Below, one piece after another: positions 39,015-46,422 of a stretch of DNA of 46,422 bases. How positions within the stretch are numbered: the stretch's first letter is position 1; each line of letters begins with the position of its first letter. The DNA comes from Nemertoderma westbladi (Eukaryota; Animalia; Xenacoelomorpha). Location of the stretch: positions 1 through 46,422 of the forward strand of contig JAUCBJ010004308.1 in assembly GCA_032718475.1 (NCBI GenBank). Direction: 5' to 3'. The translations under genes were made by a program, and so were the position numbers. The notes below the pieces were generated by a model. It did not search any database, had not been told where the DNA came from, and saw nothing but the letters and a program-made list of their open reading frames with translations.

Positions 39015-39267
39015 GTTAATATTTTATAATATTAATAAAAACAGAGACCAGGAAACACTTGGTAAAAAAAATAAAGTTTAAAGAATCGTATCTAATGTAT
39101 AATTAATTCGGTAAGTGAAAGTCGTCGAGCCATTAATATCTATAAATACAAAGAACAACAACTAATAAATTGTGTCAACTAGAATTTATCGCGAAAATAA
39201 GAGTAAGCAAAGTTTATAAGTTTGATAGATAAAATATCGGGAAATTGAAATTAATAATTTTTTACAG

Positions 39268-39427
39268 CCGTGACATCGAAATATTGATAGAAAACGATCA
39301 GCTAATTCTGTATCCTGGGTTCAAGATATCGCTGAATGGACGATCTATTAGCGCCGACACCGTACGGAAATCGTTGGTTTCCACGACCCACATAACAGTC
39401 GAAAGAATAACCAGTTTGTATCAAAAG
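39268..39427 (+). CDS. Exon 13: VWD2 middle (RDIEILIENDQLILYPGFKISLNG...LYQK)
   Basis: Acceptor ttttttacag|, donor aag|gtttgt; phase 2 to 0. Confidence 0.85.
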
Positions 39428-40493
39428 GTTTGTTTCGTATTCAGTTATTAATTTAAACTTAATTGTCGTTGAATTAGGAAACAATTAGGCCTGCTAAGTT
39501 TACATAAACAAATCAATGTAAACACCGCTCTGGTGGCAACAGAGACCCACAGCGCAACCATGTCATAAATTCAATCTCGATATAGAGAATGATTCCTGGG
39601 GCTTCTGTTTCACGATGACTGAGATTCCTTCCTAGTTTCTGTTGGACTCGCAAACCTATATACTGTGGACTCATACCCCACTGGGGGGGGGGGGGGGGGG
39701 GGGGGGGAATTACAAGGCCCATTACTCGAGTTACATTTCCATTTCTGCATGGTCGCATTTGCCCGTCGCGCATGGAATCCTGGGGAACGCCCCGCACTCT
39801 CAACTGTGCAGCATCGCGAATGCTGGCCAGTTCTGAGCGCTCATCACAGACATGGCGCATTCCGAGGACTAGATCCTGGAGCAATTTATCACCGGGTTTA
39901 GTGATAAGGATGACACTGAACAGCTCCTCCAGCTACGATGTGATAAAACCCACGGCTATGCCCTTGATAACACTTAGTCAGTTTGGATGGCCCGAAAGGA
40001 TGCAGTCACACTCACCTTTCCACCTGTTTTAGAAGACTTCGATCATTTTCATCGTACAATTTTATTATCACATAAGTCTTGCTTAATGTTTGCCTAACGT
40101 TTTAACATCAGATATAAATCAGCTAGCGCGGCGTATGACCCTCCTGTAATGGGAGCTTGAGATATATTGGCTTACTAGACTCGGGCTGGTTATGTATCAT
40201 TCAATTGTTTCTCGTTGTACAATTCCTAACAATTATGTTCACTTAAAGTATAGTATTAACAGTTCCGTTTCAGGTGTTGTGTTCTAGATAATAAACAGGT
40301 CTTTGTCTTAAAGTAATTACAATAGATTGTTAATACGAATTATAGTGTTCACACCCTTTAGTGGCATAGTATTATGATCCGGCTTAAATACACTCTGAAC
40401 ACTGACTTGAGGCAATTTGTTCATGAATGAGTAGACCGACTCACACACGTTTGGGCTATCTGATAACATATGTTCTCTCTCATACACACCAAT

Positions 40494-40574
40494 TGATTGT
40501 AAACCGAGACTGCTAATTAACCGCCCTTAGCTTACTGATTGTAAACCGAGACTGCTAATTAACCGCCCTTAGCT
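40494..40574. repeat. ~41-bp tandem duplication
   Basis: tgattgtaaaccgagactgctaattaaccgcccttagctt occurs twice in tandem. Confidence 0.85.
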
Positions 40575-40882
40575 TGCCTTGTTAATTAAATAGAAATATA
40601 AACAAGTTCGAAGATATGCGATATTAATGTTGCAGAATCTCCATATCATTACCAAATTGACCATCAAATATAACAAATCAATAGGTGCAACAGTAAGTCC
40701 GTACAATTCAGGTATTTCAACACAGTAGCACCACTACCAGTACTACGGTAATTAATTATCCTCAGATAATTCTCAATATTCTAAGACGGATGTTAATGGC
40801 AAACGTCCTTCTGCTATTAGCAAAGCAGAATAATACTGAACAAAGAAATCTCAAAACTGGTATAAAACTAAAATGGCTTCCA

Positions 40883-41465
40883 GAATCGAGTGGCGGGGTG
40901 TTTTTTTGTAAAAACAAGAGGAAACGGTCGAAATGGCGGGTTTAAGTAAGCGCGGGAAGGCAATTTTGAAAATCGGCTGTGATTGGCTGCTACATATCTG
41001 ACGTCATTACGCAGTGCTCTGATAATTTTTATCTTGGTTTCTATGGAGATAGATTTTCAATCGATACAAATACACATTTAATCTCAATCATTTCACACGT
41101 GGCTTATATTAATTGAAAGCGGAGAGTCTTGCGCGTCTTTTGGCACTACAATTAATTACATTCATAAAGGGGAAGATTGATAAAATGCTGTTTACAATTA
41201 CAAACTAGACAGATTGCCTGACCGGTATGTAAGAACTCAGCCTATTTCAGTATCTGAGTATTGCAGGTTTACTTCATTAAGTAGGATTTACCGTTGACCG
41301 GTACACATTTTTAATATTCAAGTAGCCTACTGCCAATTATTACTGTATTATAGTACCGGCTGACCGGTACACACAAAAAGCACACCCCGCCACTCGATTC
41401 AGAGCACCTTGTTACCCCTTATTCGATTGTTTCTAGCCCAACAATTTTTTCGCGCACCAACCCTA
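40883..41465. mobile_element. Rearranged copy of the 22760-23408 element
   Basis: 40883-41180 is inverted and 41375-41465 direct relative to that copy; gaatcgagtggcggggtg / caccccgccactcgattc form an inverted pair. Confidence 0.65.
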
Positions 41466-42868
41466 TTTAGAATCTCAGAATTCTGTAGAACTATGCACCA
41501 TGGTGATTGATATAGCACCTTCCAATCAGAAAGCTTAGTTGCCGTATTGTTTACTAGTAGAACAGTGCGAATGAAATAAAAAGGGCTCTTATTGGCCAAA
41601 TTCCAACCACTAAGGAGAGAAATTAATACCAAAAATGAACACGTCAGGGCGTGTGGCTTTTATAAATCTTACCCATACGTCATCAGTTTGATAAGCCTTA
41701 TCTAAACATTCAATTAGCTCTATGGGTTTGGAGTAGAACAGCGTATTGCTTATATAATGAGCGTTTTTAGTAGCAAATGTTTAACACCACCACTCCACTA
41801 TAGTGGTGCCGATCCAACTACACCCATAAACGATTAGATAATCTCAACTAAACACCTTAACAGCACCGATGCTGATGGTGATACATATCCATTATACCAT
41901 CAATAACATGACTCCTCCAACCTCAGGCACGCCCTGACAACGAACACGAACAACAGAAACCCCAGAAAAGGGTTTCCGTCGATACGGGAGGAATAGCCCA
42001 AATCAAATGACACGTCCATAATGACATCCTTAAACAGTATTTCAAGGAACAATGTTACCTGAAGGTTGTTAACGCATCATCTTCCTTGGTCCAGATCCCC
42101 GTTTATCCCAGATCCACTGAGATGTGAAACCAAGCAGTTCCCCCACAGTTCCCGTTCGGATCACCCATCAATCATGGCCTTCAGGAATACCTCCCGCTAT
42201 GGTGGCAGGTCACTACATCAATGACCGCCACTGATGGACGACTACATGGATAGCCAGGAGAGTGGATGGGTTAGAATTTTGCAGCACACACGCCATTGTA
42301 CCCCATTATTGTTAAGTTCAGTGAACCTTAACCCGATATCATACTCTCACCCCCCCCCCCCCCCCCCCCCTTTCGTGTCAAATCCCCCTCACCCCCGATC
42401 CGTTCACCGACCGTTCACCGAACCCCCAAAACCCCTCTAGCACCGTACAAACTCGGCCTGGATGCATAAATCACCCCACCGAATAGCTACTGCAGTAGCG
42501 ATTACAAATAAACAAAGACACCAAACTACAGTATACCACAAAAAAAACCCAACCCCCTCTCCACCAGAGATAGGTGCAGGTTTACTGCTATCACTTAAAG
42601 CATCGAACATAATCACGTCACTTGGCATCTTGAGTCTTATGGTATTTATATTATCATTCCATGATATGAGGTGTCATACACTAATTAATCAAATAATTAG
42701 CAACGATTCGCAAATTAATTTAGTTAATTTTTGTGTTAATGGATTATCCCGTCTTCTGCAAGGATGATATTATAAATTGTCATATGAATAATTAACACAT
42801 TCTGACACAGATACTGAGTTTATTTGAATGTGTAAAATATATATTTTTTTAATTTAATTTGTTTCCAG

Positions 42869-42980
42869 ATATCTCTGAGTAACGGCGTTGATATCTATTG
42901 GACCGGTCTCAATCGGGTACATATATGGGCACCTGGTAGATTATTCAACCAAACTGGCGGTTTATGTGGTACTTTCAATG
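42869..42980 (+). CDS. Exon 14: VWD2 (ISLSNGVDIYWTGLNRVHIWAPGRLFNQTGGLCGTFN)
   Basis: Acceptor tttgtttccag|, donor g|gttagt; GLCGTFN motif; phase 0 to 1. The gene continues past the window. Confidence 0.9.
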
Positions 42981-43087
42981 GTTAGTCACTTACAGCTATA
43001 CAGTTATTAAATAGTACAATTTATTTTAATGTAGTCTTACAAATATTAGAAAATACAAATATTACAATAATATACAATTACAAATTG

Positions 43088-43152
43088 CTTAGTCTCTAGA
43101 GTAAGTCTGTATTTACTTAGTCTCTAGAGTAAGTCTGTATTTACTTAATCTC
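43088..43152. repeat. 28-bp tandem repeat, ~2.3 copies
   Basis: cttagtctctagagtaagtctgtattta repeated. Confidence 0.8.
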
Positions 43153-43271
43153 TATTTATTATATATATCTATTCGACTCTGGAGCAATATAGACAATAAA
43201 TATATATAACACATATTTCTCCAAATATATACGGATGGAAGTGAAACAAGGACAACTTGTTTTCATAAAAG

Positions 43272-46200
43272 TGGCGTACGCTCCAATGGCGCTGCCGTCC
43301 ATATGGCGGACCCTCCAGTAGCGCTGCTGTCCATATGGCGGACGCTCCAGTAGCACTGCTGTCCATATGGCGGACCCTCCAGTAGCGCTGCTGTCCATAT
43401 GGCGGACGCTCCAGTAGCACTGCTGTCCATATGGCGGACGCTCCAGTAGCACTGCTGTCCATATGGCGGACGCTCCAGTAGCACTGCTGTCCATATGGCG
43501 GACGCTCCAGTAGCACTGCTGTCCATATGGCGGACGCTCCAGTAGCACTGCTGTCCATATGGCGGACGCTCCAGTAGCGCTGCTGTCCATATGGCGGACG
43601 CTCCAGTAGCGCTGCTGTCCATATGGCGGACGCTCCAGTAGCACTGCTGTCCATATGGCGGACGCTCCAGTAGCACTGCTGTCCTTATGGCGGACGCTCC
43701 AGTAGCGCTGCTGTCCATATGGCGGACGCTCCAGTAGCGCTGCTGTCCATATGGCGGACGCTCCAGTAGCACTGCTGTCCATATGGCGGACGCTCCAGTA
43801 GCACTGCTGTCCATATGGCGGACGCTCCAGTGTAGCACTGCTGTCCATATGGCGGACACTCCAGTAGCACTGCTGTCCATATGACGGACGCTCCAGTAGC
43901 GCTGCTGTCCATATGGCGGACGCTCCAGTAGCACTGCTGTCCATATGGCGGACGCTCCAGTAGCACTGCTGTCCTTATGGCGGACGCTCCAGTAGCGCTG
44001 CTGTCCTTATGGCGGACGCTCCAGTAGCGCTGCTGTCCATATGGCGGACGCTCCAGTAGCGCTGCTGTCCATATGGCGGACGCTCCAGTAGCACTGCTGT
44101 CCATATGGCGGACGCTCCAGTAGCACTGCTGTCCATATGGCGGACGCTCCAGTGTAGCACTGCTGTCCATATGGCGGACGCTCCAGTAGCACTGCTGTCC
44201 ATATGGCGGACGCTCCAGTAGCACTGCTGTCCATATGGCGGACGCTCCAGTAGCACTGCTGTCCATATGGCGGACGCTCCAGTAGCGCTGCTGTCCATAT
44301 GGCGGACGCTCCAGTAGCACTGCTGTCCATATGGCGGACGCTCCAGTAGCACTGCTGTCCATATGGCGGACGCTCCAGTGTAGCACTGCTGTCCATATGG
44401 CGGACGCTCCAGTAGCACTGCTGTCCATATGGCGGACGCTCCAGTGGCGCTGCTGTCCATATGGCGGACGCTCCAGTAGCATTGCTGTCCATATGGCGGA
44501 CGCTCCAGTAGCACTGCTGTCCGTATGGCGGACGCTCCAGTAGCACTGCTGTCCATATGGCGGACGCTCCAGTGTAGCACTGCTGTCCATATGGCGGACG
44601 CTCCAGTAGCACTGCTGTCCATATGGCGGACGCTCCAGTGGCGCTGCTGTCCATATGGCGGACGCTCCAGTAGCGCTGCTGTCCATATGGCGGACGCTCC
44701 AGTAGCACTGCTGTCCATATGGCGGACGCTCCAGTAGCACTGCTGTCCATATGGCGGACGCTCCAGTGTAGCACTGCTGTCCATATGGCGGACGCTCCAG
44801 TAGCACTGCTGTCCATATGGCGGACGCTCCAGTAGCGCTGCTGTCCATATGGCGGACGCTCCAGTAGCACTGCTGTCCATATGGCGGACGCTCCAGTAGC
44901 ACTGCTGTCCGTATGGCGGACGCTCCAGTAGCACTGCTGTCCGTATGACGGACGCTCCAGTAGCACTGCTGTCCATATGGCGGGCGCTCCAGTAGCACTG
45001 CTGTCCATATGACGGACGCTCCAGTAGCACTGCTGTCCATATGGCGGACGCTCTAGTAGCGCTGCTGTCCATATGGCGGACGCTCCAGTGGCGCTGCTGT
45101 CCATATGGCGGACGCTCCAGTAGCGCTGCTGTCCATATGGCGGACGCTCCAGTAGCGCTGCTGTCCATATGGCGGACGCTCCAGTAGCGCTGCTGTCCAT
45201 ATGGCGGACGCTCCAGTGTAGCACTGCTGTCCATATGGCGGACGCTCCAGTAGCACTGCTGTCCATATGGCGGACGCTCCAGTAGCACTGCTGTCCATAT
45301 GGCGGACGCTCTAGTAGCGCTGCTGTCCATATGACGGACGCTCCAGTAGCGCTGCTGTCCATATGGCGGACGCTCCAGTAGCGCTGCTGTCCATATGACG
45401 GACGCTCCAGTGTAGCACTGCTGTCCATATGGCGGACGCTCCAGTAGCACTGCTGTCCATATGGCGGACGCTCCAGTGGCGCTGCTGTCCATATGGCGGA
45501 CGCTCCAGTAGCGCTGCTGTCCATATGGCGGACGCTCCAGTAGCACTGCTGTCCGTATGGCGGACGCTCCAGTGTAGCACTGCTGTCCATATGGCGGACG
45601 CTCCAGTAGCGCTGCTGTCCATATGGCGGACGCTCCAGTGGCGCTGCTGTCCATATGGCGGACGCTCCAGTAGCACTGCTGTCCATATGGCGGACGCTCC
45701 AGTGTAGCACTGCTGTCCATATGGCGGACGCTCCAGTAGCACTGCTGTCCATATGGCGGACGCTCCAGTGAGCACTGCTGTCCATATGGCGGACGCTCCA
45801 GTGGCGCTGCTGTCCATATGGCGGACGCTCCAGTAGCGCTGCTGTCCATATGGCGGACGCTCCAGTGGCGCTGCTGTCCATATGGCGGACGCTCCAGTAG
45901 CACTGCTGTCCATATGGCGGACGCTCCAGTGTAGCACTGCTGTCCATATGGCGGACGCTCCAGTAGCACTGCTGTCCATATGGCGGACGCTCCAGTGAGC
46001 ACTGCTGTCCATATGGCGGACGCTCCAGTAGCACTGCTGTCCATATGGCGGACGCTCCAGTAGCGCTGCTGTCCATATGGCGGACGCTCCAGTAGCGCTG
46101 CTGTCCATATGGCGGACGCTCCAGTAGCACTGCTGTCCGTATGGCGGACGCTCCAGTGGCGCTGCTGTCCATATGGCGGACGCTCCAGTAGCGCTGCTGT

Positions 46201-46422
46201 CCATATGGCGGACGCTCCAGTGGCGCTGCTGTCCATATGGCGGACGCTCCAGTAGCACTGCTGTCCGTATGGCGGACGCTCCAGTGTAGCACTGCTGTCC
46301 ATATGGCGGACGCTCCAGTGGCGCTGCTGTCCATATGGCGGACGCTCCAGTAGCACTGCTGTCCGTATGGCGGACGCTCCAGTAGCACTGCTGTCCATAT
46401 GGCGGACGCTCCAGTAGCACTG
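43272..46422. repeat. 32-bp GC-rich minisatellite (gctccagtagcactgctgtccatatggcggac)n, ~98 copies, runs off the window
   Basis: Direct tandem repeat with 33- and 34-bp variants and no spacers. Confidence 0.97.

Larger units (their letters stand above)
7899..42980 (+). other. Partial multi-exon gene (14 exons seen) for a vWF/hemolectin/otogelin/SCO-spondin-like secreted protein: 3x sushi-like, acidic linker, VWD-C8-TIL-E-VWD
   Basis: Hand-spliced exons join through GT-AG sites with consistent phases (1-2-2-1-2-1-2-0-1-1-2-1-2-0-1) and no stop codon. Motifs: CSVWG..NYRNFQG, LCGLCGSF, C8 (FYAACELD..LEAYAREC..WRS), TIL (CGSSCPQLC..CIDGCHCP), HYETFDKRLYSFAGRCSYTL, TGGLCGTFNG. The exact ortholog cannot be assigned without a search. 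Confidence 0.9.

Noticed and set aside
41640-42700. Possible Polinton/viral polymerase remnant (MDDYMDSQESGWV)
   Set aside because: Only a short motif resemblance with stops in all frames; not supportable without a search.
43159-46420. Long minus-strand ORFs, or a CRISPR array, in the 32-bp repeat
   Set aside because: Head-to-tail units with no unique spacers and no cas genes; the ORFs cycle through all frames, as expected for a stop-free 32-mer.

Overview
Animal (invertebrate-like, AT-rich) genomic DNA. It holds the internal part of one large spliced gene on the + strand: 14 exons from 7899 to 42980, about 2.37 kb or 790 codons, with GT-AG junctions whose phases agree at every step. The product is a secreted von Willebrand factor/hemolectin/otogelin/SCO-spondin-type protein: three divergent sushi/CCP-like modules with an Asp/His-rich linker, then VWD-C8-TIL-E(VWC-like)-VWD. 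Start and stop lie outside the window. Most of the window is intronic or upstream repeat DNA. Seven different tandem arrays (84, ~21, 17, ~78, 51/52, 15/17 and 32 bp; about 18 kb in total) explain all the giant low-complexity ORFs. There are also two decayed LINEs, a Tc1-like transposase relic, a copia gag/PBS relic, a tRNA-derived SINE, Helentron-like termini and several MITEs. Main leads: (1) a conserved ~40-bp core shared by MITEs with unrelated TIRs and 9-bp TSDs, and amplified into the 84-bp satellite; (2) two minisatellites built from the gene's own splice acceptor and splice donor; (3) a 9.3-kb satellite between Helentron-like ends; (4) a degenerate minimal hammerhead ribozyme with an inverted Penelope-like tail. 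All calls are by eye; no searches were run.
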